NCBI GenBank assembly: GCA_964511875.1
Contig: CAZEHS010000004.1
Span: 5,028 to 69,027 of the forward strand
Direction of reading: 5' to 3'
Length of the DNA stretch: 64,000 bases
From: an uncultured Peptostreptococcaceae bacterium
GTDB lineage: Bacteria; Bacillota; Clostridia; Peptostreptococcales; Acidaminobacteraceae
Shown here: one piece after another, positions 8,651-19,731 of the stretch
How the letters are laid out: each line of letters opens with the position of its first letter
How positions within the stretch are numbered: the first letter of the stretch is position 1
The notes under the pieces: model-generated
Told to the model about the DNA's origin: nothing
The model's input: only the letters and a program-made list of their open reading frames with translations
Database searches by the model: none
Made by a program: the position numbers and the translations under genes

Positions 8651-9538
8651 ATGGCGTTGATAAACGATTACAGTATTTTTAAAAGGCAAAGCAAAATGAG
8701 AGAAACAGAATTTCCTTTTGAAATTCCACATATCGCCAGTAAAGCGACAAACATGTCCATGTACCACTGGCATGATTTTTTTGAAGTGTCCCTAATCATT
8801 GAGGGATGTGGCACGTACTATATTGAGGAGAAATGTATCCCTGTTACAAAGGGAGATATCATCATCATCAATAATATTGAACGACACAAAGTACAATACA
8901 GTAGTGAAACGCCTTTGTATGAAACTGTGATCCATTTTTCCGCGGATCTACTTAAAGGGATACTGAGCAATGGAAACCAGCTCTTTGATTATTGCGGGAC
9001 TGCTTTTTTCAACAAGTTGGAAATCGATCAGAATCAGCGCAGCACCCTGATTAGGATAATTGATGAGATTACAGAAGAGTACACGAATCAAGCGCCCTAT
9101 TTCGAGCTGCTGATTTCATCCCAGATCATCTCTTTTATAGCACTGGTCCAGCGTTACAATAACGTCAAAATAGGGGCTCAGTACGGAGAAAAACTGCGAG
9201 GGTATAACATAGGAAGATTAGAAGAAATTTTAAAATACTTGCAGACCCATATCGAATCTGAAACAACCCAGAACGGCGTCGCCAAACATTTTCATTTGAA
9301 CTCGGCGTACTTTTCAGAGTATTTTAGAAAGAATCTGGGGATCACGTTTACTGAGTATATGCGGAGTATACGGATCAATCATGCAATTCAGCTGATGAAC
9401 AGCAGTACGATGAAATTGTCGGATATTGCTTTTGCTAGTGGATATGCCAGCTTAAGTTCATTTTATGAGGCCTTTTCCAAAGTGACCGGCGTATCCCCTA
9501 AGAAGTATTTAGCCAAAAATGCCGGAAAAACTTCCTGA
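8651..9538 (+). CDS. AraC-family transcriptional regulator (cupin + HTH_18)
   Basis: C-terminal VAKHFHLNSAYFSEYFRKNLGITFTEYMRSIRINHAIQLM...IAFASGYASLSSFYEAFSKVTGVSPKKY. Confidence 0.85.
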   Translation: MALINDYSIFKRQSKMRETEFPFEIPHIASKATNMSMYHWHDFFEVSLIIEGCGTYYIEEKCIPVTKGDIIIINNIERHKVQYSSETPLYETVIHFSADLLKGILSNGNQLFDYCGTAFFNKLEIDQNQRSTLIRIIDEITEEYTNQAPYFELLISSQIISFIALVQRYNNVKIGAQYGEKLRGYNIGRLEEILKYLQTHIESETTQNGVAKHFHLNSAYFSEYFRKNLGITFTEYMRSIRINHAIQLMNSSTMKLSDIAFASGYASLSSFYEAFSKVTGVSPKKYLAKNAGKTS

Positions 9539-10065
9539 ATTTCAGGAGGAAAGTTATTTCTATTTGATCTATAATTACGTCATAAAGACATTTTAAATTA
9601 GTTAATATTCTTGTCTTTACAAAATTACTTGTTTAACCACTTATTGTTCTATAAGTTATAATATTTATTAAAAAGCGGCTAAGAAGGCGAATTGTTAAGT
9701 GAAACGAATTTTGGTGTGATCGACTGCTATACGCCCATTCTGTTTGGAAGGTTGTTGGGTTACTAGAATGTCACCAAACTGAGGGCGTTTTTTTATTCCA
9801 ATGGCATGGCAAATTGGGATGAATGCGTTGTGATACAGCGCTGACAGGTGCTATATCGTATCCTGGATTTTTGTAAATATCAGGGAGTGAAACCCAGCCG
9901 CAAAGGGGTGAAATCATGTAAACGGCGTGAATTGGTTTTTTGATTGCGACGAATCTGGGTAGCATGATGGAATAATACGGCATAAAATGAAATTTAAAAC
10001 AAAATAAAAACCAATTAAATCAACGGGTGCTTAATTTTGAACACCTGAAAATTACGGAGGAAAAA

Positions 10066-11040
10066 ATGACTGCGATACGGTGTGAGGATATCGAGAACTT
10101 TAAGAAATTGGGAAAAGCATTAAAAATCAGCAATGGCAAATTTGATGTAATTGTGACCCTGGATGTAGGCCCCCGGGTGATGCATCTTTCTTTGGCCGGG
10201 CGCGAAAACATGTTTGAAGATGAGGTGGATTTGTGCGAAAAGCTGCCAGATGGCACGGAATGGCGGCTATATGGGGGGCACCGTGTGTGGCACAGCCCTG
10301 AAGCCTTTCCGCGAAGCTACATTTCTGACGGTCAGCCTTTGGACAGGTATGAAATATTTGAAGACGGCATCATGATGTATCAGAAGGAAGAGGAATGGAC
10401 AAAGATTGTCAAAGCAATCGAGGTACGGTTCCTAGAGGGCTCCATTCAGGTGACAAATCATCTGACCAATAATGGTGCATGGCCTTTAGAAGTAGCAGTA
10501 TGGTCTTTGACTCATGGTGCGAGGGACGGTCGGGAGGTGTGTCCGGTTGTTCAAAGAAATACAGGATTGCTTCCCAATGCAGCATATGTCAATTGGCCTT
10601 ACTCCCGCATGAATGATCCCCGAGTCTACTGGGGGCAAAAGTATATCGTTGTGGATAATGACCGTGAGAATAAATCGGCCTTTAAGTTCGGCTATGCCAA
10701 TGAACTCGGATGGGCAGCGTATTTCAACAAAGGGCAATGTTTTATTAAAAAATACAGCCACGACCGCAACGGGAAATATCCAGATATGGGGTGCAGTTGG
10801 GAAACTTACACCGGATACACTGGAATTGAGCTGGAAACCCTTTCGCCACTTCAGATTTTAGGTTCGATGAAGTCCTTGGCACATTCGGAAGAGTGGTATG
10901 TGTTTGACTGCCCGGATCGTCCGAGCATAGATGAAGAGGAGATAGATAGGTTCATCCAACCGATGTCCCAAAGCGCAGGCTTTGAGATGCCGGTGTTAAA
11001 TAGCGAAGGCTGGGATCCTACGTTTGAAGAGAAGGAATAG
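10066..11040 (+). CDS. Galactose-mutarotase-like fold protein (DUF4380-like), function unknown
   Basis: GGAGG RBS before the ATG at 10066. The family assignment rests on weak recollection only. Confidence 0.35.
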   Translation: MTAIRCEDIENFKKLGKALKISNGKFDVIVTLDVGPRVMHLSLAGRENMFEDEVDLCEKLPDGTEWRLYGGHRVWHSPEAFPRSYISDGQPLDRYEIFEDGIMMYQKEEEWTKIVKAIEVRFLEGSIQVTNHLTNNGAWPLEVAVWSLTHGARDGREVCPVVQRNTGLLPNAAYVNWPYSRMNDPRVYWGQKYIVVDNDRENKSAFKFGYANELGWAAYFNKGQCFIKKYSHDRNGKYPDMGCSWETYTGYTGIELETLSPLQILGSMKSLAHSEEWYVFDCPDRPSIDEEEIDRFIQPMSQSAGFEMPVLNSEGWDPTFEEKE

Positions 11041-11116
11041 ATGCAGCTATACCACCCACATATGATATTTTGGCAACACGCGTACCAAAAAGAATAAATG
11101 ACAGGGGGAAGTTGAG

Positions 11117-12430
11117 ATGAAGAGAAGAGGATTCAGAGCAGTTGCTGTGGTGTTAATGATGGTCCTCGTAGCGACAATGGGTGCGGGGTGCCAGCCCCAA
11201 GCAGCGAAGGCAGAACCAGCAGGGGGGTCAAACCCATCGGAGATCAAAGTGCGAACGGTTGCTGACCGTGAGGATGCATTGGCAGGAAAAGTGGTGACGC
11301 CTGCAGATTTCGGCAGCGATTTTTTTCCAGGCATTGAAAAACCAGGAGCAATTCCAGCGAAGAAATTCTTCATTGCATTTTCTAACGGTGAAATGGGGAA
11401 CGGCTGGTGCCGCACCCATGTCAATGACATGGTGGATATTGCAGACAAATATAACAAAGAGTTCGGTGTCCGGTTTGAGTGGACGAATGCCGGGAATAAC
11501 TCAACGAAACAACTATCCGACATTCAAAGCCTGATTGCTAAAAAGCCCGATCTGCTGCTCGTGAACCCCAATGAAGCGGAACCCTTATCCGTGATTGTCG
11601 ATTGGTGCAATAAGGCAAATATCCCCCTAATCACTATTGACAAGCAACTTTCTGCACCTACTGGTGAGGGGATGTACATTTCCTGCATAACCATGGACGG
11701 ATATCTGAATGGCGTTGCAAATGGTGTCGCAATCGTTAAAACCCTGACTGAAAAGTATGGTGAACCTAAAGGCAATGTAGGAGAGTTGGCTGGGATCCTA
11801 GGTGCAAGTACCTCAAAGTATCGTTCATTGGGACTGAATGCAGTGCTCAAGGGGTATCCCAATATCAAGATTACGGTGTCCAGACCGGGAGAATGGGACC
11901 CGAAAGTAAGCTACGCAGCAGCACAGGATATTCTGACTACGTTCCCAGCAGGCTCACTCGATGTGATAGCAAGCTCCTGTGATGAAAGCGGTCTATCGTT
12001 TATGGAAGCTTCCAAGGCTGCCAACCGGACAGAACTGGACGGTTACTACACCGGTTGTGATGGGACAGTCGCATTCCTTCAAAAAATCTTGGATGGCAAG
12101 GCCATTGAAACAAATGAGTGGACACCTTATTTCGCAATCCCTTCGTTTGAGTACGCAATTCATTACCTGAACGGTAACAGCATTCCACCGATTGTTGCAT
12201 TTCCTCAACGAGATTATTCTGCTGATACACCTGAAAAGAAAGCAAAGCTGCAGGAATTTGTTACAAAATGCAAAGAACAAAAACTGGATTTTGTCCCCCT
12301 CACATTTGGTGGCCATGATCTGTTCAAGCCGGATCCAGAAATTATGTCAAAATTCTATACGCCTGGTGATATATTTGTAAACAAAGAAAAGTATACAACT
12401 GGCGTTCAACCTTATGTAATTTCTCAGTAA
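11117..12430 (+). CDS. Sugar ABC transporter substrate-binding lipoprotein (ribose-type periplasmic binding fold)
   Basis: Lipobox LVATMGAGC. Periplasmic-binding-protein family 1-like body. Followed by an ABC ATPase and permeases. Confidence 0.7.
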   Translation: MKRRGFRAVAVVLMMVLVATMGAGCQPQAAKAEPAGGSNPSEIKVRTVADREDALAGKVVTPADFGSDFFPGIEKPGAIPAKKFFIAFSNGEMGNGWCRTHVNDMVDIADKYNKEFGVRFEWTNAGNNSTKQLSDIQSLIAKKPDLLLVNPNEAEPLSVIVDWCNKANIPLITIDKQLSAPTGEGMYISCITMDGYLNGVANGVAIVKTLTEKYGEPKGNVGELAGILGASTSKYRSLGLNAVLKGYPNIKITVSRPGEWDPKVSYAAAQDILTTFPAGSLDVIASSCDESGLSFMEASKAANRTELDGYYTGCDGTVAFLQKILDGKAIETNEWTPYFAIPSFEYAIHYLNGNSIPPIVAFPQRDYSADTPEKKAKLQEFVTKCKEQKLDFVPLTFGGHDLFKPDPEIMSKFYTPGDIFVNKEKYTTGVQPYVISQ

Positions 12431-12544
12431 TAGAGTCAGATCTATAAGAATGTTTGAGGCGGGGGATACCTCCCGCCTCATTTATAAAATAAGATGACAG
12501 TTTAATAGGATTGATTATGTGATATCGGGGGATGGGGTGTCCAA

Positions 12545-14098
12545 ATGACGGTTGAAGGTAGTAAAAAGAGCGGTGTATTACTCAACATGAAAAAAATAAA
12601 CAAAAGTTATTCCGGTGTCCAAGTTCTCTTTGATGTTGACTTCGAGTTGAAGGCTGGAGAAATCAACTGTCTGCTTGGTGAAAACGGAGCAGGTAAGAGT
12701 ACGCTCGTAAAAATCCTTTCAGGAGCCATCGCGGATTATACCGGAGAAGTCATGATCGAAGGTATGCCAGTAAAGCTCGTGAGTCCCATTATTTCAAAAC
12801 ATGCAGGAATCCATTCGATTCAGCAGCATCGGGATCTTGTTCCGACAATGAATGCTGTTGAGAACATATTCCTTGGGGAAATGATTGTCAAGGGGAAGTT
12901 CTTAGATAGCGAAGCCATGAAGAAAAAAGCAGTGGAACTTCTGAACCTGTTTGAAGTAAATATGGATTTGACTGTACCTGTGCGGGATCTAAAAGTATCG
13001 GAGCAAGGAATCATCGCAATTTGCAAGGCAATCGCTTCGGATTCCAAGATGCTGTTGGTAGATGAAGCCTCGGCTCCTCTGGATAGCAGAGAAAGAAGCA
13101 TCCTGTACAGTGTGCTTACAAAACTGAAGAATAGTGGGAAGGGCATCATTTACATCACCCATCACATGGAAGAAATAGCGGAAATAGGTGACGTCGTCAC
13201 TGTACTTCGAGGCGGTAGAGTAGTCGAGATACTTAAAGCACAAGGTACTGAGATTCATACCTTGGTCAATGCAATGACCGGAAGTAAAAAATTCTATGAC
13301 AGGCAGGTTTCGGAGGTTGTTATTGAGGCCGACAGCGTTCCTGTTGTGGAATTCAAGGACGTCAGCAGCAAAGATCTGGAGGCTATCAGTTTTAAAGCTT
13401 ATAGAGGAGAAATCATAGGTTTTGCGGGGCTTGAAGGTTCAAGCAAGCATATGATCGCAGAAACCCTTTATGGGCTGTCGCCTTCCGTCAGTGGTGAAAT
13501 CCTCATAAGAGGAAAACAAGTGCATTTCACACATCCTATAGAAGCTATACAGCAAGGCGTAGGGTATCTTCCGACGGACAGGAAAGTAAAAGGGTTGATA
13601 ACTTGCCGGGACGTATCCGAAAATATAAACATCACACGTATTAACCAAAAAAAGATGAAAGTGGTGTCTTGGAGATTGATGGAAAAGAACGTCAAACCCC
13701 TGGTGGATGAGCTTGCCATTAAAATGTCATCTCTACAGCAGTTGGTGGAATATTTAAGTGGCGGTAATCAGCAAAAGGTCCTTTTGGCAAAGTGGATGAT
13801 GGCTGATGTTGATTTACTGTTTCTCGATGGCCCCACAGAAGGGATTGATGTGGGAGCCCGTGGAGATATCTACCGGGAGCTTAATAAGCTTGCATCCCAG
13901 CATGGCAAGACCCTGGTCCTATTCAGCAGCGATATCGATGAATTGTTAACTCTCTGTACACGGGTTTATACGATGAGTGCCGGTAGGATTGTCTCAGAGT
14001 ATTCTGGAGAAACTGCTGAAAAGACTGATATTTTGACTGACATCTTGGTTAAGCATCCAACATCTTCTGAAATGGGGGGAGGACATCGTCATGAATAG
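12545..14098 (+). CDS. Sugar ABC transporter ATP-binding protein (duplicated ABC domains)
   Basis: Walker A GENGAGKST, signature LSGGNQQKV, two-domain RbsA/MglA-type architecture. Confidence 0.9.
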   Translation: MTVEGSKKSGVLLNMKKINKSYSGVQVLFDVDFELKAGEINCLLGENGAGKSTLVKILSGAIADYTGEVMIEGMPVKLVSPIISKHAGIHSIQQHRDLVPTMNAVENIFLGEMIVKGKFLDSEAMKKKAVELLNLFEVNMDLTVPVRDLKVSEQGIIAICKAIASDSKMLLVDEASAPLDSRERSILYSVLTKLKNSGKGIIYITHHMEEIAEIGDVVTVLRGGRVVEILKAQGTEIHTLVNAMTGSKKFYDRQVSEVVIEADSVPVVEFKDVSSKDLEAISFKAYRGEIIGFAGLEGSSKHMIAETLYGLSPSVSGEILIRGKQVHFTHPIEAIQQGVGYLPTDRKVKGLITCRDVSENINITRINQKKMKVVSWRLMEKNVKPLVDELAIKMSSLQQLVEYLSGGNQQKVLLAKWMMADVDLLFLDGPTEGIDVGARGDIYRELNKLASQHGKTLVLFSSDIDELLTLCTRVYTMSAGRIVSEYSGETAEKTDILTDILVKHPTSSEMGGGHRHE

Positions 14099-15098
14099 GT
14101 TTCTGGTACACGTAAAGAAAGCAAGATATGCATATTTGACGAGTGGATTGCTCATCTTCTCCACCCTTTTGGATCCGAACTTTATGAATCCCTTTAATAT
14201 TGAGTCATTGCTCATTGATATTGCTATTATTGGAATCATGACTTTAGGGCAGGCAATTGTTATTTTCAACGGCGGCATCGATTTGTCCGTTGGAAACATT
14301 GCTAGCATGACAACAGTGCTGATGGCATGGATGATGGTGAATATAGGGCATTCAGTGACGGGTATTGGTAATATTCTGATATGCATTCTGTTCGTTCTCG
14401 CGGCAGGGGCGTGCATCGGGTTCTTAACAGGAATTTCCGTAGCGAAATTTCATTTGCCACCGATCATTGCCAGTTTAGGTACCATGTGGATTGCTCGGGG
14501 ATTTGCGTTCTTCTTCTTAAGAGGGATGGCCACTGCATACCCTGAGAAAGGCTTTTTAGCTGTTGCACGGTCCACTATAGGACCAGTACCCTATGCATTC
14601 CTGTTCTTCTTGGTGCTAACGTTTCTGTTATACATCGTATTGACCCGCACCCAGTTCGGGCGCTCGGTTTACGCGGTAGGTGGGAATGAGTACGCAGCCC
14701 ATATATCCGGAATCAATACGATTAAAGTCAGGACAATAATATATGTGGCTTCTGGGGTTCTGGCAGCACTTGCTGGCATCATTCTCGGTGCCTATCAGGG
14801 AACCAGCTATCCCAAAGCAGCAAGCGGGTATGAGCTTTTCACCATCGCAGGTGTAGTCATGGGGGGAACCTCTCTGAAGGGGGGTGAAGGAAGTCTATGG
14901 AATTGTGTACTGGGTCTTGCTATGTTCAGGATTATCAATAAGATCATGATATTTGCAAACCTGTCCGGGTATTTCGAAGGGATATACATTGGTTCCATTA
15001 TTCTAATCGCGCTCTATTTCAGTAGCAGAGATTCTAAAAGAATTGAGTTCAGGAATGGAAAAAACTCAAAAATGATCCTCAGCAAGGCAGGTGAATGA
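14091..15098 (+). CDS. ABC transporter permease (RbsC-type)
   Basis: Multi-TM BPD_transp_2-like protein (GGIDLSVG motif). 8-nt overlap with the ATPase gene. Confidence 0.85.
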   Translation: MNRFLVHVKKARYAYLTSGLLIFSTLLDPNFMNPFNIESLLIDIAIIGIMTLGQAIVIFNGGIDLSVGNIASMTTVLMAWMMVNIGHSVTGIGNILICILFVLAAGACIGFLTGISVAKFHLPPIIASLGTMWIARGFAFFFLRGMATAYPEKGFLAVARSTIGPVPYAFLFFLVLTFLLYIVLTRTQFGRSVYAVGGNEYAAHISGINTIKVRTIIYVASGVLAALAGIILGAYQGTSYPKAASGYELFTIAGVVMGGTSLKGGEGSLWNCVLGLAMFRIINKIMIFANLSGYFEGIYIGSIILIALYFSSRDSKRIEFRNGKNSKMILSKAGE

Positions 15099-16089
15099 TA
15101 TGTCGCTTAATCTGGAAGCAACTACGAATTGTAAGAAAAGAAGCTCGTTCAGCATGATTGAGTTCCTCAGGCGGTACAATGTAGGTGTCACTTTTTTAGT
15201 CTTGTTTCTTATCGCTACGTTCTCTACTGGCGGTTCGTTCTTCACACTGAATAATCTGCTGAATGTAGGTGAACGTGCAAGCATAGTTGGGATCGTCGCC
15301 ATGGGTCAGATGCTGGTGATCCTGACCGGCGGAATTGACCTGTCCGTCAATGGCATGATGGCTATGTCCTTTACGCTTTTTGCAGTACTGACTGCCATGG
15401 GAGTTCCGATTGGGGTTGCTATCCTGGCCTCTATTGTTGTCGGAAGCATTCTTGGCGCTATCAACGGTCTGCTGATTTCAAGAACAAAGATCCCGCCCTT
15501 CATGGTGACCCTGAGCACGATGCTGATTTTCAACTCTCTTGCATTAATTACGGCCTCTGCTAGGGAATTGCGCTACAGCAACCTGCAGGAATTTATCAAC
15601 ACCGGATTCGGTAACAATGTCATCCTAACGAACCTGCTGCCGACAATCGTCTGGCTCATCCTCAGCGGATTGCTCCTGTTCCTGCTCAGTCGAACACGGG
15701 TGGGGATGAACATCTACGCTGTGGGTGGTGCTGAAGAGGCAGCATTCCTGTCTGGGATACGAGCCACAAAGACAAAAGTAGGCGTGTATATCATGAGTGG
15801 TGTTCTCTGTTCTATCGCAGCCTTGGTTTTTGCATATCGGCTGGGATCCCTGAACCCGATATCTGCAGAGTCATACCAACTGGAGTCCATTGCAGCAGTC
15901 ATATTAGGCGGCGCAAACGCCAACGGCGGAGAAGGAACGGTTTATGGTAGCTTTTTCGGAGCGATACTTATCGCAATGCTGGGGAACATATTGAACCTTC
16001 TGCGTGTGGATCCGTACTTACAATACGGTATTATGGGGTTATTGTTGATCCTGATTATCATTGGGCAGAAATATTTGAGCAAGCGATAG
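15091..16089 (+). CDS. ABC transporter permease (RbsC-type)
   Basis: GGIDLSVNG motif, multi-TM. Overlaps the previous permease. Start uncertain (GTG 15091 or ATG 15100). Confidence 0.85.
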   Translation: MNDMSLNLEATTNCKKRSSFSMIEFLRRYNVGVTFLVLFLIATFSTGGSFFTLNNLLNVGERASIVGIVAMGQMLVILTGGIDLSVNGMMAMSFTLFAVLTAMGVPIGVAILASIVVGSILGAINGLLISRTKIPPFMVTLSTMLIFNSLALITASARELRYSNLQEFINTGFGNNVILTNLLPTIVWLILSGLLLFLLSRTRVGMNIYAVGGAEEAAFLSGIRATKTKVGVYIMSGVLCSIAALVFAYRLGSLNPISAESYQLESIAAVILGGANANGGEGTVYGSFFGAILIAMLGNILNLLRVDPYLQYGIMGLLLILIIIGQKYLSKR

Positions 16090-16118
16090 TATTCAAAAAG
16101 AAATGGAGGAAAGATACG

Positions 16119-17387
16119 ATGAATCAAATATCGACAGCGGACGTTATAATCATCGGCGGTGGAGCTATGGGATCTGCGACAGCTTATCAGCTTGCAAAAG
16201 CGGGTATGGACGTTGTACTGTGCGAAATGCGAACATTAGCATCAGGAGCCACAGGACGTTGTGGTGGTATGGTATCCCACTGTTATGGGCGGGAAAATAA
16301 TATCGAAAAGACGGCCGAACGTCTGAAATTCACCCGAGAAAACACCAAGATGCTGAAGCAATTCCAACAAGAGTTGGATGTTGATTATGAATTCCGACGT
16401 GTAGGCTGCCTTGATATCGCTTCCTCTGAGGAAGAGTTTGAGCAGTTAAGAGAATTAGTTAACATACAGAAATCTCAGGGTGATGATGAAATCGAGCTTT
16501 TGGATAAAAAAGAAACTATTGCTCACATGCCGGTCATTAATCCCGATCTGGTTTTTGGGTCCAGATACCGGGCAAGTGATGGGCATCTATCTCCCTATAA
16601 ACTTGTTCATGCATTTTCCCGGGGGGCTCAGAAGCACGGGGCTAAGATCATGACCTTCACGAAGGTAGAAAAAATCCTCATTGAAAATGAACGGGCCATC
16701 GGTGTGGTGACGGATAAGGGTATAATCTATTCGAAGTGGGTCATCAACGCCAGTAATGCATGGTCCAAGTTCCTTGGTAAGGAGACTGAATGCGTTCTGC
16801 CGGTCCGAGAAATTGCCTGTGCCACTGAAGCCATCGGTAAGGTGCCAGTCATGTCTTTTGAGCTGCTTCTCAATGGAGAGTTTGCTTATGGAGCAACACA
16901 AGCGGCGTCAGGGAACCTGACCTTTGGTGGCCCTGCTCATCCACGGGACAAGCGGAGTGGGTACTATAATGAAACAATCACGATTGATGAAGTGAAACGG
17001 TTGGGGAATTATCTGTGCAATATTTTCCCCGCATTCAAGGATTTGAAAATCATCCGAACGTGGACCGGTACCATGGCTTTTGCCCCGGATGCGCTCCCCC
17101 TGATCGGAAAATCAACCTTGACGGAAAATCTGCTCATTGCTGCCGGCTTCGCTGCTGGGATATCGCAGCAGTGTGTTGTCGGTAAAATCATGGAAGATCT
17201 CATTATTAAAGGGGAAGTCGGTTTGCCCATCGATATGAGTCTGTACGATCCCGGCCGTTTCTTGGGACAAACCTTTAAGTGGCCTGAAGTCTATGATTTA
17301 AGTATCCTTCATGACTATTTGGCTGCAAAACGGCAGGGTAAAGAAGATGCATACGAAATACCGTACGATCTGACGGTGGAAAGATGA
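16119..17387 (+). CDS. FAD-dependent oxidoreductase (DAO family; HcnC/OoxB/sarcosine-oxidase-beta-like)
   Basis: N-terminal dinucleotide fold VIIIGGGAMGSATAYQLAKAG. About 420 aa, DAO-like. Confidence 0.8.
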   Translation: MNQISTADVIIIGGGAMGSATAYQLAKAGMDVVLCEMRTLASGATGRCGGMVSHCYGRENNIEKTAERLKFTRENTKMLKQFQQELDVDYEFRRVGCLDIASSEEEFEQLRELVNIQKSQGDDEIELLDKKETIAHMPVINPDLVFGSRYRASDGHLSPYKLVHAFSRGAQKHGAKIMTFTKVEKILIENERAIGVVTDKGIIYSKWVINASNAWSKFLGKETECVLPVREIACATEAIGKVPVMSFELLLNGEFAYGATQAASGNLTFGGPAHPRDKRSGYYNETITIDEVKRLGNYLCNIFPAFKDLKIIRTWTGTMAFAPDALPLIGKSTLTENLLIAAGFAAGISQQCVVGKIMEDLIIKGEVGLPIDMSLYDPGRFLGQTFKWPEVYDLSILHDYLAAKRQGKEDAYEIPYDLTVER

Positions 17388-17401
17388 AGGAGGGAGCGGT
17401 A

Positions 17402-17722
17402 ATGAGAATTAAGGATCATCCTATATTCGGCGCTATCACATATGAGAATCCAATCAGGATATATCTAGGAGATCAGGCCATAGAAGCTTATGAAGGTGAC
17501 ACCATCGCCGCTGCTTTATGGGCTGCCGGTCAACAGGTTTCTCGATATACTCCCAAGCGATGCGATCCCAGAGGTCTTTTCTGTGCAATAGGTCATTGTT
17601 CAGACTGTCTGATGACGGTGGACGGTGTACCTAATGTACGTACTTGTGTAACTTTAGCCAAAGATGGAATGAAGGTCGAGATTCAACAAGGACATGGAGA
17701 TTGGAGTAACTCATATGAATAA
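17402..17722 (+). CDS. (2Fe-2S)-binding protein (Fer2_4; HcnA/SoxA-N-like)
   Basis: EGDTIAAALWAAG...PRGLFCAIGHCSDCLMTVDGVPNVRTC. AAGGAGGG RBS before the ATG at 17402. Confidence 0.8.
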   Translation: MRIKDHPIFGAITYENPIRIYLGDQAIEAYEGDTIAAALWAAGQQVSRYTPKRCDPRGLFCAIGHCSDCLMTVDGVPNVRTCVTLAKDGMKVEIQQGHGDWSNSYE

Positions 17723-18812
17723 AAAAATAGTTGATATCGCCATCATCGGCGCAGGACCCGCCGGTTTGTCTGCTGCCTATGAAGCTGCTATAAGTGGCGC
17801 CTCAGTATGCGTCATCGATGAGAACAAAGTTCCAGGCGGGCAGTTATTCAAACAGATCCATAAATTTTTCGGTTCCAAAGCTCACAGTGCGGGCACAAGA
17901 GGATTCAGAATTGCAGATGATTTAGTAAAGAAAGCACAAGCGGCCGGAGCTGAAATCTTGCTGGATACCATTGCATGGGGTGTTTTCCCAGGGTTCAAGA
18001 TTGGTGTCACAATTGCAGACGCAAAGACAATCACAATCGAGGCAAAAAAAATAATTGTAGCTACCGGAGCTGCTGAAAACACCTTGACCTTCCCGGGTTC
18101 CACACTGCCTGGCATTATAGGCGCAGGAGCAGCCCAAACGCTTATGAACATTCGGAAGGTCCGTCCGGGAAAAAGAGCGCTCATCGTTGGATCGGGAAAT
18201 GTTGGATTGATTGTTGCCTATCAATTGATGCAGGCTGGTGTAGATGTAGTGGGTTTAGTCGAAGCGGCACCATCAATCAGTGGATATCTGGTTCACGCCA
18301 GCAAGATTAGGCGTGCGGGTGTCCCCATATGGACCCAAAGTACCATTGTCAAGGCAGAAGGCAAGGATCAGGTGGAGAGGGTAATCGTATCAGATGTGGA
18401 TGATGCATTCAAACCCATAGCCGGTACGGAAAAACTAATTGATGTAGACTTGGTCTGTCTGGCTGTCGGTTTGCATCCAATGACAGAGATGTGCTGGATG
18501 CTGGGCTGCAAATTTACTTTTGCCGGACTCCTGGGTGGATTTGTACCCAGCCATAACTGCAACATGGAAACGTCTATCAGCGGTCTGTATTTGGCAGGAG
18601 ATATCTCAGGTATTGAAGAAGCTTCAATTGCAATTGAAGAAGGGAAGCTTGCAGGCATTGCTGCAGCAGAATCCCTGGGATATATACCTGAAAAGCTTTC
18701 CTGCGTTCTAAAATCTCAATTGCTTGAAAATATGGCCCAACTCCGTAGTGGTGCCCATGGGGAAAAAATTGCATCTTGCAAAAACCAGATCATGGGGGTG
18801 GAGACATGTTAG
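17715..18812 (+). CDS. NAD(P)/FAD-dependent pyridine-nucleotide-disulfide-type oxidoreductase (HcnB/OoxA-like)
   Basis: Two Rossmann motifs, IIGAGPAGLSAA and IVGSGNVGLIVA. Overlaps its neighbours. Confidence 0.8.
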   Translation: MNKKIVDIAIIGAGPAGLSAAYEAAISGASVCVIDENKVPGGQLFKQIHKFFGSKAHSAGTRGFRIADDLVKKAQAAGAEILLDTIAWGVFPGFKIGVTIADAKTITIEAKKIIVATGAAENTLTFPGSTLPGIIGAGAAQTLMNIRKVRPGKRALIVGSGNVGLIVAYQLMQAGVDVVGLVEAAPSISGYLVHASKIRRAGVPIWTQSTIVKAEGKDQVERVIVSDVDDAFKPIAGTEKLIDVDLVCLAVGLHPMTEMCWMLGCKFTFAGLLGGFVPSHNCNMETSISGLYLAGDISGIEEASIAIEEGKLAGIAAAESLGYIPEKLSCVLKSQLLENMAQLRSGAHGEKIASCKNQIMGVETC

Positions 18813-19321
18813 GAAATGCAAAAAGGACTGGTGTGTTAACTCAAGAGGAACTGATGGATACTCCAGGCTATAATGTCGAAGCTTTAGGAAAGAAAAGAGG
18901 TGCGTTCGTTATGATCGAATGTGCCGAGCATATTCCCTGCAACCCATGTGAGACGGTTTGTCCTCATGGCGCTATCGTTGTAGGAGATGCAATTACAAAT
19001 CTGCCCACCGTGGATCCTGAAAAATGCAGCGGATGTGGTCTGTGCGTTGCAATCTGTCCGGGATTGGCAGTATTTATGGTGGACAGTGCCTACGAAGAGA
19101 ATCGGGCATCCATAACATTTGCTTATGAGTATCTGCCGGTACCGGAAAAGAAAGCTGTGATCCATGCAGTTGACCGGGAAGGAAATGTTGTTTGCGATGC
19201 CATCCTTGAAAAAGTGGTAAGCGTAAAAGGCTATGACATGACGAAAGTGATGACGATATCAATACCGGCCGAATTCGCTCTCGTTGTTCGCGGTATACAA
19301 AGAATTAAGGAGGTGCGATGA
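18806..19321 (+). CDS. 4Fe-4S dicluster ferredoxin-domain protein
   Basis: CNPCETVCP and CSGCGLCVAICP motifs. Confidence 0.75.
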   Translation: MLGNAKRTGVLTQEELMDTPGYNVEALGKKRGAFVMIECAEHIPCNPCETVCPHGAIVVGDAITNLPTVDPEKCSGCGLCVAICPGLAVFMVDSAYEENRASITFAYEYLPVPEKKAVIHAVDREGNVVCDAILEKVVSVKGYDMTKVMTISIPAEFALVVRGIQRIKEVR

Positions 19322-19593
19322 TGAAAGAACTATGTGATAACGATATTATTATCTGCCGTTGCGAAGAAGTGACAAAGAAAGAGATATTGGATGCAATTAG
19401 AAGTGGATCACATGATCTGGACTCCATCAAGAGAGCCACCCGGTCTGGTATGGGGATGTGTCAGTCAAAAAGTTGTTCCATGGTAATTTCGCGCATGATC
19501 AGAGAAGAAACCGGTAAGGCAGCGGAAGAAATCAAGCCTTTCACAAAGCGTGCACCATTGAGACCTATAAAGGCATCTGCCCTAAACGATTAG
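19318..19593 (+). CDS. BFD-like (2Fe-2S)-binding protein
   Basis: IICRCEEVTKKEI...GMGMCQSKSC. ATGA-type overlap with the previous gene. Confidence 0.7.
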   Translation: MMKELCDNDIIICRCEEVTKKEILDAIRSGSHDLDSIKRATRSGMGMCQSKSCSMVISRMIREETGKAAEEIKPFTKRAPLRPIKASALND

Positions 19594-19731
19594 TGTCAAT
19601 AAAGGCGTAATTGATTGATTTGGTAATTTAAAAGAGTGCGACTGGAGGATAGTATTCATGCCTATCTTGCTTTGCTGTGTCATTTTACGGGGATACACCA
19701 AATGAAGTAGCACGGGAAGGAGCGAATCACA

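Noticed and set aside
9771-9983. 70-aa minus-strand ORF in the AraC to DUF4380 intergenic region
   Set aside because: It has no RBS, no motif and odd composition. The region is more likely promoter or regulatory DNA for the AraC-controlled operon.
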